A program made the translations under genes and the position numbers. From Callorhinchus milii (lineage: Eukaryota), in NCBI RefSeq assembly GCF_018977255.1, contig NW_024704742.1, positions 133,178,001-133,242,000 of the forward strand: a stretch of 64,000 bases of DNA, given 5' to 3'. Each line of letters starts with the position of its first letter. Within the stretch, counting starts at the first letter, position 1. This document shows positions 40,415 to 54,099 of the stretch, one piece after another. The notes below the pieces were generated by a model that was not told the origin of the DNA, ran no database searches, and saw only the letters and a list, made by a program, of their open reading frames with translations.

Positions 40415-41765
40415 CGTCCCAGCCTCGCTCTTTCCTCTCCTGCTATTCCCTCTATGAACTCCTCCGATCTGGTCAAAGTCACTAATGACTTCTGTCCACT
40501 CTGCCTCCTTGTCCTCCTTGACCTCTGTGCTGCTTTCGACACTGTCGACCATTCTATCCTCCTTCACCACCTCTCCTCTTAGCTCAACCATCATGGACTT
40601 GCCCTTACCTGGTTCCAATCCTACCTCTCCCACTGTCACCACTTTGTCTACACTAACGGCTTCTCCCCCAACCCCTGCACCGTCACGTGTGGCTTCCCTC
40701 AGGGCTCTGTCCTTGGCCCTCTCCTTTTCAATATTTATATGCTCCCTCTTGGTGACATTAACCGTAGATATGGGGTCAATGTCCACTTGTACGCAGATGA
40801 CACCCAACTCTATCTCTCCGCCTCAACCTTGATTCAAGGACCATTGCTGACCTCACAGACTGTTTGTCAGACATCAAGTCCTGGATGAGAGCTAATTTTC
40901 TCCATTTGAATCTTTCTTCTGATCCCTGACTGTTCAGTGCCTTGGGACGCCCTCCCAACGTGAAAGACGCTTTACAAATGTAAGTTTGTCGTTGTTGAAT
41001 GTCAACAAGACCAAGGACCTCCTCTTTGGCTCCCGCCAGTGCCTCAGAACTTTGGGCGCTGATAGCATCACCCTTCATGGATGCACTCTACACCTAATGA
41101 AGTCAATACAGAACCTCAGCATCCTGTTCGACTGTCCTTCATCCTCCACGTCCGTGCTATGACTCCTCCTCCTTTCTCCACCTCCGCAACATTGCCCGTC
41201 TCCGCCACTGTTTCACACGACGGGCCACCAAGACATAAATTCATAACATCTAGGCTCGAATACGCAAGCTCCCTGCTTGTTGGCCTCCCCAACTCCTCAC
41301 TCCACAGGCTGCAGATCATCCAGAACTCTGCAACGTGTCCCGTGTCCTCTCCCGCACCAGGCTCCACGACCCTATCACTCCCATCCTCGCCTGGCTCCAT
41401 TGACTCCCCATCACTCAAAGGATACAGTTCAAGATCCTGATCCACACCTCCACGGAGTTGCTCCCTCCACTTAGCAGGCTCCAGCGGCTTCATGTTCCCC
41501 ACCTTGCTGACCTTACCATTGGTGGGCGGGCCTTCAGCCTCTCTTCCCCCACTCTCTGGAACTCCATCCCACCGTCCTTCTGCCTCGCCACTCCCTTGCC
41601 TTCTTCAAGACTCATCTCTTCGACCGTGCCTTCAGTCACCCTCCTACCCCTACCCTCCCTGCCCTCTACCCCTCCTGACCCAAGCCCTCAGCTCAGGTGT
41701 GGATCCCTGACTGTCCAGCACCTTGCGTGAAAGCGCTAAATAAAATGTAATTTGTTGTTGTTGTA
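40415..41765 (+). mobile_element. Old, fragmented L2 (RT to 3' end)
   Basis: [21 protein letters not shown] and YADDTQLY remnants with frameshifts. Contains a small inserted L2 tail at about 40915-40995. Confidence 0.8.
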
Positions 41766-44700
41766 GCTAGCATATTGGTTAGAGCACTCGCCTCGCAAGT
41801 GAGAGGATCTGGGCAAGTTTTCTTACTCCACACGCTCATGTAGCAGTAAGTAGGACCCAGATTGTTTGACAATAATCCCTTCAATCCATGACCGTGCGCA
41901 ATTGGCTGCCGTCTTCTGCCCACAAAATATACATTCAATTCATTTTGCAGTATATTCTATGAAGCGCTTTGAGATGTCTCAGCTGCATTATTATCCTTTG
42001 GATGAAACATTAAACCGAGGTCTGACACTAACGGTTTGGGTTGAATGCTATCTCTGTGCCATGTAATCCTGTTGTTTACTTCTGTTCAAAAAGAGAAATG
42101 TGTTTCAAACAGTGTCATGGCCATCAATCCCCTTGATAAAATTGGTCATCCACTTCCTTGTCACCAGACTTTGAGAGGAAGTCCAGTCACTGGAGCCAGA
42201 GTTTCTTCTTACTCAGCTCATCTGTGAGGTACACAACTTCCCATTCATGTGTGTAGCTCTGCATTAATGAGGTTGTCCTGGATTTGCTCAGCGATGCCTG
42301 TGACGTCCGTGAACAAAGATTAATGGCCTCCTTGCATCTCTTGACGTTAACGAAATGCAAATGAACAACCTTGCAAGTGGCAAAACAAATTTTCCAGGCA
42401 CAAGATCAAGGTTGAACGGTCGTGTTGTAATACTATCTATGGAGAAAATAAATTCCATCTGGCTCCAGACTTACTTGATTGACGTAACAATTGAGAGAGT
42501 CCAGAATCTGGCAAATTGTTGCATTCACTTTTGACTTTTAAGTCGTTTTTCTTCAGAGAAACCTGCTAAAAAACGACTTCAAAGTATTTAAGAATTTGCC
42601 AAATTCTGGGTGTACTAAATTGGTGCAGAAATAGATTAAATCTAGACACAGGTGCAATTTTAACCCTCGCTTCTCCCCCACCCCTTCCCCACGTTTTACT
42701 GGTTTTCACTCTTTGGCAGGGATTTTTCATGTTGCCATTGAAAACCGACTGAACAAGTTGAATATTTCAAAGAGCACAATATCAACAGAGGGCGAAAGAC
42801 ATGCACAAAAACCTTTTTTGCATTTGAATGCAGTGTCTCTTTCACAGTGGGTGGGCTTCTATTAACACTTTGCAGGATTTCTTGTAAACTGAAATACAGT
42901 GACTGTGTCATTTTCCTTAGTTTGTCGTTGGGCCGTGGTTTAAGGTTAAAATGCAGATCAAATCGAACGGTACCTTATGTGCACAAGCACAGTTTGTGAA
43001 TCGCTGCACAAAAGGTTCTTTTGTGAAAAATAAAAACCCCTGCAGAGCAACTTGATGCTGGAATATAGCAAATATAGTCGTGAAAGTTGCTGGCCATTTC
43101 TAAAAGGCATTAAAACAAAATGTGAAATACTCGGCTGATTACAGATGGTAATGATAAAGTAATCATCCTTGCCATTTGATCTAATGCCATATCAGATTGG
43201 CAGGATCCATGAGTTTTTCTCTCTCCTCCTTGCTTGGTTCCCATCCCCTCTAAGCCAATGCTCCAGTGCAGTGCTGGGATCTGTGCTGCATGCTCAGGGT
43301 TACCATTCTTCGAATGAGACATTAAGCCAGTGACTTGTCTGCCTGTTCAGGTGGAAGGCAATGTCCTGTGGCATTATTCGAAAGAGAGAGCCTATCACCC
43401 CCATCCTCCCCCGGCTCCACTGGCTCCCCATCACTCAGAGGATACAGTTCAAAATCCTGATCCTCACCTTCAAAGCCTCCACGGCCTCACTCCTCCATAC
43501 CTCTGCGGCCTCCTAACCCCCTACCAACCTGTTTGCTTCCTCCGCTCAGCGGGCTCTGACCTACTTCACCATTGGTGGGTGGGCCTTCAGTCTCTCTGCT
43601 CCCACCCTCTAGAACTCCATCACACAGCCCCTCTGCCTCCACCCCCATCCCTCGCCTCCTTCAAGACCTGTTTCAAGACCCTCTTTGTGCTTTGGTCACC
43701 CTCCTGTCCCTATGCTCCACCCCTCCTGATCCCAACCATCAGTTTAGGTGTGGATCCCTGATTGTCCAGCGCCTTGGAACGTCCTCATGATGTAAAGGGC
43801 ATTGTACAAATGTATGTTGTTGAGTTTCTCCTGGTGTCCTGGCCAACAATCCTCAACATGAGTTAAAGTAAAGCTCTGGAAAATACTGAAGGCAAAGGCC
43901 TAACCAGTGCAGATTGTTAACATGACTGGTGATAAATACCTATCTGTGTTTAGCACACGACTAAAGTCAGCCAAGAAAAAAAATGCCTTTTGTGTCGATT
44001 TTCAGTCTGGTGTGAAATACAAACATTGTCGGTAAATCAATGCAAACATTGACTGTGTGCACTTTTCTGCTTATCATGTATGAAAAGAATTCTGCTGGTG
44101 ATGTATTTTGAACACATTTTTGGGGAATATCCTGACTTTTTTAAAAAAAAAGAAAGCTTCTCACTGTGTCCGGGCTAACTATCCCAGCTAAAATTGGTCA
44201 TTCACATCACGGCTGTCTGTGGGACATTGCTGTGCACAAATTGGCTGCCTCGTTTTGTTACAAATTCACAGTTTGGGACTTTGCTCCAAGTGAAAGGCGC
44301 TATTTCAAATGTTTAAATGTTTTTATTTTGCATCTGTTGGCAGTCTCAAAGTACTTCAAGACTTTACTGTAAAGTGCAGTGTGTGTATTTTGTAGATGTA
44401 CAGTTTGTTGCAATAAATTAGAAAGATTTAATTCTTAGCAAAAGGAGAGGAAGGAGATTTTCTGGCAACACCAGTCCTGACATTAACCTGTTTCTATTTA
44501 TCTCTTTATGTCTGCATTCCTTACTTGTGCTGTTTATAGTCACAACTCTCCTGTTCTGGTCTTGTGACCTCAGAAAACTGCATTGTGCGTTTTTAAATTC
44601 TCCTTCAACAAAATTGATTGCTTTTTTTAAAACAAAAAAACATTGCTGTATCCCTCAACTGGTTGTGTGTTGTGGAGCCTGGATTTTGTTTTCGAACTGC

Positions 44701-46830
44701 CTGGTACCTTGATGGATTTGGGATGGCTTTGTAACCAGAATAGCAAAGGCAGATAGCTTTGTAGTACTTTCTGGGCTTGTGGATTATACAATATAATACA
44801 GTTTATATTCACGCAGTGTCTTTTTCGTCAGGAAACACCTCAACAGGCTTAATTAACACTGGCATCTGGGAACCTGATCCAGGGGTGGGTGGGGACGGTA
44901 AAGATGGCTGAAACCGCAGTCAAAGAGTAAGGTTTTGAGATGGACCTTGATGAGGTGGGGCGAGGCGGAGGGACTCCAGGATGGAATTCCAGAGAGTGGA
45001 AAACCCACCTGCTGATGGTGGGACAGATAGAGCACGAAGCAGACTCACTGAGTGAAAGGAGTAAATAATCCTTTTTTTTGACATAGTGCCTTTCACATCA
45101 GGAGGACGTCTTGAAAAGCCTCACGGGATTTATAAACGGGACCTTGTTTAATATCTCATCTGAAGAGCAGGACCTCAGATAAAACAGTGCATCTCCTCCA
45201 ACACTATATTGGACTGTCAGCCTAGACGATGTGAATTCAATGTCCCCGCAGTGAGGCTTGAACCCACAACTTCCTGTTTGAAACCAGCATTGCTCGATTT
45301 TATAATTTGCGCACAGATGGCTTTGTGGTCAGTTTCATTCACTTTATTTTGCTTACTTCCTTCTCTGCATCTTAGATGTACAGTCAATGATTGACTATCT
45401 CTGCGGTTGCAGTTTAAATTGGGTTTAAGCTGCACTGATAAACCTGACTCAATTTCACTGCATTTTACAGGAGGGAATATAAGTGTGTGTGTGTGTATAT
45501 AAAAAGGAACATTATATTTTCTCCCCTAACACAAATATTATTTATTGTCTCTTTCATTGTTATAATGTGCTTCCTTGCTTATAAGTAGAAAAACTATGAT
45601 GGATAAGACTGTTATCAGATGTAAAGCTTGGTATATTTACAGGATTTTTTTTCTCATTTATGTGCCATATTAATAATAATTCTTGCATTTGCTTTAGCTC
45701 CTCGCACCTTGTCAAAATGTCTCAATATGCTTCACAGGATATATGTCTATTTGTATCGTGACTATATTTGCAGGCGTACATGGCAGATGAGTTTTGGATT
45801 TCAATGGCTTGCAATTGGTCAGGAAATGAATGATGCATGAATCACCACCAGGTATTTACCTGGTGGATGATGTTGGCCAGGATATCCCTTCTCTTTTCAA
45901 ACAGTGGTAGGGGATCTTTAATGTTCTCCTCAACAGGCAAATGGGGCCTCGTTTTAATGTCTCCTCCCAAGGATGACACCTTCATTAATGCAGCCCTCCC
46001 CCCAGCACTACACAGTGGGTTCAAAACCCAAAGTGGGGTTTGAACCCAATATTGTATTGTAAGGTTGCCCAAGTGATTCTTGATCAAAGCACCTTCTCCA
46101 CACTGTTCAGCTAACAAGATGCGGTGCATGCTAATCTAGCATCTGGATATGATTTAGTAGTAATTGTTCCCACCCACTTGTTCTCAAATGAGATTGATGC
46201 AATACAGATTGACGGTCAATGGAGAAACTAGATGTTGAAGCTCATTCAATCTGAGGCTTAACAGTCAAGTGCTAATGACCATTCTTCATCAATTGCTGGA
46301 AATTTACAGCAATCAAGAGAAAAGGTCAGTCACTCCCTAGGTGTTCAAGCGACTAGCTGTGAATTGTGATACGCTTGACATTTCCCGCCATTTTAAGAGA
46401 AGTCAAAGAAATGTGCTCCAGGTTCCTCTAAATGCAAATGCCACTAACCACATGACCTCGCAAATCAAGTAAATAAAGAATGCTTTGTGTTTTTCCCTCC
46501 TCCCCATTAGCGTGGACCAAGCTTTCAACTCCTTTGGCCTTGTATTCTGGAACCTACATCTAAAATGCCTCCACCTCACGCATTCCACTTTTTTAAAAAA
46601 AAACTTCAACTTTGCTTTTAATCAGCTTTTATTTATTCTTCTTCCATCATCTTCTTTGCTGTCCCCTCCCCTTCCATCTCCCCCCCGATTCCCCCTTTGT
46701 TTCCCACTGTGCTCAGGCTCCCATTCTGTCTTTGCAAAACAATTTGGGACATTCTCGCTCTGTATAAGTGCACATTATTGTTATAATTTTATTGCCCTTT
46801 AATTTTCTATCCTTCATTTTTCTCTTCCAG

Positions 46831-46912
46831 ATGATGGGTTCCATCTTGCACCTTTGCTCTTTAGCCATTTCCATCTTGAATCCAGTTATGGGGGAATTAT
46901 TGAGAGAGAAAG
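46831..46912 (+). CDS. il11ra-like: IL-11 receptor alpha-like cytokine receptor, first coding exon (signal peptide: MMGSILHLCSLAISILNPVMGELLREK-G)
   Basis: Strong polypyrimidine acceptor (ttcatttttctcttccag) directly before the ATG. Hydrophobic leader. Donor G|gtgagt in phase 1, matching the next exon. A first coding exon starting at the ATG is the layout I recall for IL11RA. Confidence 0.85.
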
Positions 46913-47567
46913 GTGAGTTTGTCTGGGTGGGACTGGAGGACTGGTGGGGTGGCTGTAGGGGGAAAAGCGCTTAGCACCAACATTCACCGTTGAAGTGGAC
47001 TTCACCCATCGCTACATTGGCATTGCACCATTGACAGCAATGTTGTGGAGTTAAGGGGAAGTGTGTAAATTGTGTTGTACCTTCCAGCGGCAGTTAATGA
47101 AAAGCTCTGACAAACGAGAGTAGAACTTTTGTGAAGCACATTTTCACAGACTGCCTTTGAAGCTAGTCTAGGTTCAATGTAAATTGTTCAATATTAACAG
47201 TAAATTGATCTGGTTAAATTATTTACAACAATATAACAACAAGTTACATTTATATAGCGCCCTTATGAAGGCTTAGGTACCAACTCAGAAATAGCATCTG
47301 TTCCAAGTTTCCTATTACATCAACTTGTGTTTTGCTGGGGGGGGGGGGGAGTGTTTATGCTTGCAGGTTTAAGTAATTTTTTTCCAAGATCGGGTATGCC
47401 TGACCCGTCCTTGCATTGCATCTACTGAGTTTCCATATATGGTTACAATGCCTCACTTTGCTAATTGGATTTCATGGTTCTGTGCCATGGGAAAGTTACT
47501 AAATAAACTGGGCTGGTTGGAGTACTTGTATCATGACTGTAACCACTTTTACTGTGTCCTATTCCAG

Positions 47568-47628
47568 GTATTCTGTATGGCCAAATAGGGACTGATGTCA
47601 CCTTGTTCTGCAGGGCTGATAACCACAG
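47568..47628 (+). CDS. il11ra-like: IL11RA-like exon: N-terminal part of Ig domain (G-ILYGQIGTDVTLFCRADNH-R)
   Basis: cctattccag| acceptor and AG|gtaatg donor, 61 nt, phase 1 to 2. Resembles IL11RA GVQYGQPGRSVKLCC and carries the first Ig Cys. Confidence 0.9.
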
Positions 47629-48174
47629 GTAATGTGACATGACGGAGACGAATGGTTTTGTGTGCTTGTGTAATATCTCAATCCTTTCCGGTGTGCATGC
47701 TTTGCCTTCTGGTCTCAGATATACGTGTGTTGGGGGGTGGAGAGAGAAAGATCTTCAACAAATTAGTGGCTATCCTCTCTTTTGGCAGAGTGGGGGAGAG
47801 GCAAGCAGACTTGATTTTGCATTGAGTTGTCCAAGTCTGGGATAAAAATTAAAAATAATAATAATTTGGACATTCAATCCACAACTGTTTGCTGTGCACG
47901 ATTGGCTGCCGCGTTTCACCCACAAAATATACAGCCAATTCACTTTACAGTATCAACAAAGCTCAAAATACTACAGATACTGGGATGATGGGTTAAAGAG
48001 GTGTTAGTGATGCAAAACAAAGGGAGGGATTGCAACAAAATGGGAATAGAGGCGTTAGTACTGCAAAACAAAGGGGATGAAAATTGCAACAAAACAGGGA
48101 GAGAAAAGGTGTGTCTGGGACCCAGTTGATGTGGTAATGGTCACAAAAGAGCAGGAGGGGGAAGGTGAGCTGTT

Positions 48175-48690
48175 ATAATAATAATCCTTGCATTTGATAT
48201 AGCACTTTTCACATCTTCTAGACGTCTGGAACTCTATCCCCCAGTGCCTTCGCCTTGCCTCCTCCCTGTCCTCCTTCAAGGTCGGTCTCAAGACCTTTCT
48301 CTTTGATCGTGCCTTCAGCTCCCCTCTCAACTCTCTACCCCCTCCTCGCTCCCTCCCTTCCCTCCCCCTGACCATTTCCCACCTGCTCGGGTCCTGACCC
48401 AACTGTCCAGCGCTTTAGGACGTCCTCCCAACATGAAAGGCGCTCTATAAATGGAATCTTGTTGTTGTTGTTGTCTCAAAGCGCTTCACAGAATAGACTG
48501 TAAAATAAATTAACGTATATTTGTGGGCGAAATGCAGCAGCCAATTGTGCACAGCAGTGTCCCACAAACATCGTGGCTTGAAATGACCAATTTTTTTGAG
48601 GGATTATTATCAGGCATGTAGAGTAAGGAAACTTGGCCAAGGTTTCACCCTGTTGGGAATTGAACCCAGGTTGTTTGCTTGCAAAGCAAG
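48175..48690 (-). mobile_element. SINE family A nested in the Penelope arm, itself carrying an L2 3' end (48228-48473, +)
   Basis: GTTAT duplicated at the SINE ends; GTCT duplicated at 48224-48227 and 48473-48476. Confidence 0.85.
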
Positions 48691-49344
48691 TTATGGTCTG
48701 AAATTGTTGAAACTTTGAGGCTAGTGGGCTGTAAGGTCCCTAGTAGATAAATCAGGTGCTGTTCCGAGCTTGCGCTTTGGCTCATTGGAACAGTGTAGGA
48801 GACCATGGATTTAGAGGTCAGAGTGGGAGGGAGAGTTAAGTGGCAAGTGGCAAGAAACCGGAAGCTCAAGGTTGTTCTTGCGGGCAGAATGGAGGTGTTC
48901 GGCAAATCGATCACCCAATCTGCAATTCATCTAAAGGAGACTACATCGTGAGCAACGAATGCAGTAACTACGTTGGTGGTAGTACATGTAAATCGCTGTC
49001 TCACTTGAAAACTGTATTTGGAGCCCTGGACAGTGGAGTGGGAGGAGGTGAAAGGGCAGGTATTGCATCTCCTGCGCTGCGTGGGAAGGTGCCGGAGAGA
49101 GGAGAGCAACTGTTGGTGGCGATGGAGGAATGAACCAGGGAATGACGGACGGAACGGTCCCTTCGGAATGCTGAGAGGGGAGGGGAAGGTACGTTTAGTG
49201 GTTGGATCATGCTGGAAGTGCCAGAAATGGTGGAGAATTATTGGTTGGATGTTAAGGCTGGTGGGGTGGAAGGTGAGGCCTAGGGGGACCCTATCATGGT
49301 TCTGGGAAGGGGTGAGGGCAGAGGTGCGGGAAATAAGGTGGACT

Positions 49345-49542
49345 CTCTCCTCCAAAAGCGTGGATGCCTTCAAGAAAGAGATTGACAGATTTTTGATAGG
49401 TTGGGGTATTAAGGGATATGGGGAGAAAGCGGGAAATTGGATTTGAAATTCTAGTAAAGATATAGATCAGCCATGATCTAATTAAATGGTGGAACATGCT
49501 CGACGGGCTGAATGGCTTACTCCTGTTCCTATGTTTCTGTGA
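49345..49542 (+). mobile_element. CR1-type LINE 3' end nested in the Penelope element
   Basis: AFKKEIDRFL...GIKGYGEKAG.W C-terminus, then gatcagccatgatc...gggctgaatggc..actcctgttcctatg tail. Confidence 0.8.
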
Positions 49543-50119
49543 CATAGTCAAGGGCCATGCCTACAACAGTGGATGGGAATCCTCGGTCGAGGAAAAAGGA
49601 AGACATTTCAGCTGCTCTGGTGTGAAAGGTAGTATCATCAGAGCAGATGTGGTGGAGGTGGAGGAACTGGGAAAAGAGAATGGACTCCATTCTGACCTCT
49701 CCACCCATGGTCTTCTACGATGTTCCAGTGAGCCACAGCACAAGCTCGAGGAACAGCACCTCATCTATCTGCTAGGGACCTTACAGCCCTCTGGCCTCAA
49801 TATTGATTTCAACAATTTCAGACCATAACAGCTCACCCTCCCCCCTCTTCTGTGACCATTACCACATCATCTGGATCCCAGACACACCTTTTCACTCTCT
49901 GGTCTGCCTATTTTGTTGCAATTTCCCCCTCACCCCCTTTGTTTTGCATTATTAACACCTCTATTGCCCTATTTTGTTGCAATCCCCCCTTTGTTTTACA
50001 TCATTAATGACTCTTTAACCCATCATCCCCTGTCCTCTACCCCATTTTCTCCTTTGTCTTCCTTGCTCTGTTTCCCCCCTCTCTGTTAGCCCTTAAAAGT
50101 CTCTCTCCCAACATGCCTC

Positions 50120-50151
50120 AGTTCTGACGAAGTGAACCCGAATCGTTGACT
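50120..50151 (+). ncRNA. Degenerate minimal type I hammerhead ribozyme in the Penelope terminal repeat
   Basis: AGTT-CTGACGA-agtgaaccc-GAAT(for GAAA)-CGTT-GACT. Core boxes and stem I are recognisable; GAAA and stem II are mutated. Confidence 0.55.
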
Positions 50152-51477
50152 CGCTTTCCTTTCTCCATTGACGCTGTTTGACTTGCTGAGTGTTCCCAGT
50201 GACTTCTGTTTTCGTTTCACTTTACAGTATAATGTGTGAAGCGCTTCGAAATGTCTCAACAATGTGATAAGGCACTATATCAACTGCATTTATTATTATA
50301 AACTAATGAACTATCCATCCTACTTATCAGTGGGTGAGCTTTCAGCCAATCTGCCAGCCCTTCACCTTCACTGTTATAGCTTGTTAAGACCCACCTTTTC
50401 AACCATGTTTTTGGTCATCTTTACCCCACCCTCCTCAGTTTCCCCCACACCCAACTTGGGCTCCCAGTCAATTGCATGAAGGACTTTGAGACATTCTCTG
50501 TGAAAGGCGCCAACATAAATATGCATTGTTATTGTGAATGGAGGTCATGAAAATCTGCCTCGTGGATAACATTGTTAACTGGAGGTTTCTCAGCATGTTT
50601 CTCTTAGTGCAACAGAACTAAATGAAGCTTTAAAAGCACAGTTTGGTGGGGGGTTGCATATTGGTCTTGTTATAAACAGGATAGGGCTCTTGAGTGCCTT
50701 GAGAGAGAGACAAAAATGTTTGATTTGCAAAGAATCGTCCTTTGTTTAGGAGTGGTAAAAGGTTTCTGAAATGTTTCTGAAAGTTTGTCTTGGTCCCAGT
50801 CCAGCAGATGTGGTCTCTTGAATTTGTTCAAAGATGGGTTGAGATACAGAATCAAAGTTGAGTGGAGGAAAGGAGCACGTGCAGGGAAGAAAGCAAAGAA
50901 TTCTCTTTCAAAGAATTCTCTACCCCACCCCACCTCCATGAGGCTGTTCAAAAAAGAGTGGGGGTTACTCTTTTTACTCTTGGCTCTTACCAAAGTAGAG
51001 AGACCTTTGTGACTGGAAAGCGAGGAAATTGTGTAATAACACAAGTACGGATAGTGACTGAGACAATTGGAACGTTTGTAGAAATATTAATCACATTCAG
51101 GAAATTAATCTAAAATAAATTAACAGCTTCTACCATTTAGGGCTTTGGCTTCCAGGCTTAATGAGAGCTGAGTAGCAAGAACTACTACTTTCAGTATTTG
51201 TCTAAAGTAAAAAGAAAGCATTTTGATAGTTTCTCTGTAAATGAGCAGATGTGAGATACCATGGAAGGCTATCAGTGCTTCTTAGAATTTAGTTCTCAGA
51301 AAAGTTGCTTTTCTGAGGTGATGGTATAGCACCTTGCATATCAGGAGGATATCCCGAAATGCTTCACAGGATTTACTGTAAAGGGAGTGACTGTTTTGTG
51401 GGTGAACTTTGCAGCCAATTTTACACACAGCAATGTCCCAAAAATAGCCATAGAGTGAGTGACTCATTTTATTTGGG

Positions 51478-51972
51478 GGATTCAAGATCGAATTCAACAT
51501 CCTCATCCTCGCCTACAAGGCCATTCACAGCCTTGCTCTCTCCTACCTCTCCAACCTACTATCCCCCTACCTACCTGCCCGTACCCTCCATTCCTCTGGC
51601 TCCGGTCTGCTCCACATCCTCCGCGCCAACTGCGCCATCGGTGGCCGGGCCTTCAGCCTCTCAGCCCCCAGGCTCTGGAACTCTATCCCCCAGTGGCTTC
51701 GCCTTGCTTCCTCCCTTTCCTCCTTCAAGGCCGGTCTCAAGACCTTTCTCTTTGACCGTGCCTTCAGCTCCCCTCTCAACTCTCTACCCCCTCCTCGCCC
51801 CTCCCTTCCCTCCCCTCACCCTGACCATTTCCCCCCTCCTCGCTCCCTCCCTTCCCTCCTCTCACCCTGACCATTTCCCCCCTGCTCGGGTCCTGACCCA
51901 ACTGTCCAGCGCTTTGGGACATCCTCCCGACGTGAAAGGCGCTCTATAAATGGAATCTTGTTGTTGTTGTGT
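51478..51972 (+). mobile_element. Young L2 3' fragment inserted in a minus-strand SacSINE1-like element
   Basis: Matches 16915-17410 and has two 3' units. Confidence 0.85.
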
Positions 51973-52749
51973 TGATTGTTGGCCACAACACTGGGAAGAA
52001 ACTCCCTTCTCTCTGCGATTAGTGCCAAAGGGTCTTTGATTCCACCTGAACAGGCAGACGAGTCCTCGGTTTAACATCTCAACTGTCCACTCCCTCCGTT
52101 CAGCGGGCTCTGGTCTGCTCCATGTCACCCGCCCTACGATCGGTGGCCGGCCTTTCAGCCTCTCTGCCCCCACACTCTGGAACTCCCACAGTCCCTTTGC
52201 CTCACTTCTTCCCTTGCTTCCTTCAAAGCCAGTCTCAAGACCATTCTCTTCGATCATGCCTTTGGTCTCCCACTCTCTGCCTTCCCTCACACGTACACCA
52301 CCCCTCCGCCATACTCGGGCCCCGACACCTGACTGTTCAGTGCTTTGGGATGTTGTCCCGACATGAAAGGTGCTCTATAAATGTAATGTTGTTGTTGGGG
52401 CTTGAACTCACAAATTTCTGACTCTGAGAAGAGAGTGCTACCAACTGAGCTAAGCTGACACACATGGAGAATCTTTCTCTCCTTCCCCCTTCCCGACCCT
52501 TCTCCAAGATGCAACTGACTTTTTCTACATTAGGTTGAAGAGATTTTTGCAGCTGACGAACAAGTCAGGAAATGTCTCAAGAGGCAGGAGAATATTTGTT
52601 GGTTGATTGCAAGCAAGCTTTCTGGCTTCATGTGAATGCTTTGATACTCAGTGAAGTTTGAAAGTGATTGTTTTTCTGTATTAGTTGTTGAGGTGTCAGC
52701 CTGGCTCAGTTGATGGGGGCTCTCTTTGACCTCTGGGTCAACAGGTTCA

Positions 52750-53118
52750 ATAATAAAATTAATCCTTGCATTTGATACAGCGCCTTATCACATTGTTGAG
52801 ATATCTCAAAGCGCTTCACAGAATATTCTATGAAACAAATTGACAGTATTTTGTGGGTGAAATGTGGCAGCCAATTGTGCACAGCAGTGTGCCACAAACA
52901 ATCGTGGATTGAGTGACCAAATAATTTATTTATTTGAAGGGATTGTTACTCCCGGAAAGTGATCCAACGATCGACTAACAACCGGATCCTGCTTATTGCC
53001 AGGTAAACAGAGGCATGTGGAGTAAGGAAACTTTCTTAAGGGTTCACCCTGCCCGGGATTCAAACCCGGGTCCTCTCACTTGCAAGGCAAGTGCTCTTAC
53101 CCAATAATTTACAGGACA
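52750..53118 (-). mobile_element. SINE family A (long form) inserted in the head of a SacSINE1-like element (52694-52749 / 53120-53430)
   Basis: Complete CORE-like segment; the host SINE continues on both sides. Confidence 0.8.
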
Positions 53119-53563
53119 CCACAGGCCTCTCGTCAGCACTTAGAACTCATACAGTGTAGGCTGACCCTCCAGTCCAGTGCTGCTGGGGGTGTGCATTGTA
53201 TTGTTGGAGGTGCCGTCCTTCAGATGAAACCCAGGTTCTGTCTGTGCCGGTTCAGGTGGTCGTTAAAGATCCCTTGCCACTGTTTGAAAAGAGGAAGGGA
53301 GTTTCTCCTGGTTTCCTGGCCAACAATCCCCCAAATAAAATTGGTTATTTACTTCATGGCTGGTTGTAGGACATTGACATGTGTAAATTGACTGTCGCAT
53401 TCGCAAAATGGACAGTCACTACACTTGACAGCATTTCCTGTTGACCTGCAAACCTTAGAGGAGAATTTCCCTCTCCCTTCTCTCCAACTCTTAAAAGAGT
53501 GAATTATTATGAGATTTCACTGCATGCTCAAAAGAACATTCATTATGCACGTTGTACCAACAG

Positions 53564-53730
53564 GTTTATTCAGTGGAGGGTTAATGGGACCCGTGTGGCC
53601 TTATCTAACAACACAAAGGTGCAGAATGGAAACCTCAAGTTTTTGTTGACAGAGCTGGCTTCAGGAGGAAATTACAGTTGCCATGACGAGACCGGGGAAC
53701 TTTTGCACTGGACTCGACTGGAACTTGGAC
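53564..53730 (+). CDS. il11ra-like: IL11RA-like exon: remainder of Ig domain (FIQWRVNG...GNYSCHDETGELLHWTRLELG)
   Basis: caacag| acceptor and C|gtaagt donor, 167 nt, phase 2 to 1. Has the Ig core Trp, the G-x-Y-x-C motif and the LxLG end. Lies within ORF 53499..53747. Confidence 0.92.
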
Positions 53731-54099
53731 GTAAGTCAAGTCTTTAATCCTGCAGAGGCGCCTGCTGTCTCCAATAACACTGGTGTGAGAGCAGTGCTAG
53801 AGTTGTGTTAGAATTGGTTCTAGAGATGTTTTGCTGCCTTGAGCTGTTCTTTAATACAGATAACGTTGTTTTGTTTTAACGGGCTGTATCTCTGAGGGAA
53901 ATATCAAAAGGTCAGCGAAGATTCCCTGTAGCCAATGCCGCTGTATTCCTCTTGCTCTTTCAGTTGAACATCGTGTTGCATTTTGCAGATGGGTTTCTGC
54001 CCTGTAGTTACTGGAAGGATTTAGAATGAAGTAGTTAGAGTGCAGCCCTGTTATAATATAATGTGCTTTTGTTTTTTGGTTAGTCTAATACATGAGAAA

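Larger units (their letters stand above)
47954..50215 (-). mobile_element. Penelope-like element fragment with inverted terminal arm and 15-bp TSD
   Basis: Decayed linker/GIY-YIG-region peptide (DRVPLGLTFHP, FQVRQRFTCTTTNVV, EQHLIYLLGTLQP). 49690-50030 (+) is an inverted copy of 47980-48175 plus 48690-48830. TSD TTCACTTTACAGTAT at 47939-47953 and 50216-50230. Confidence 0.85.
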
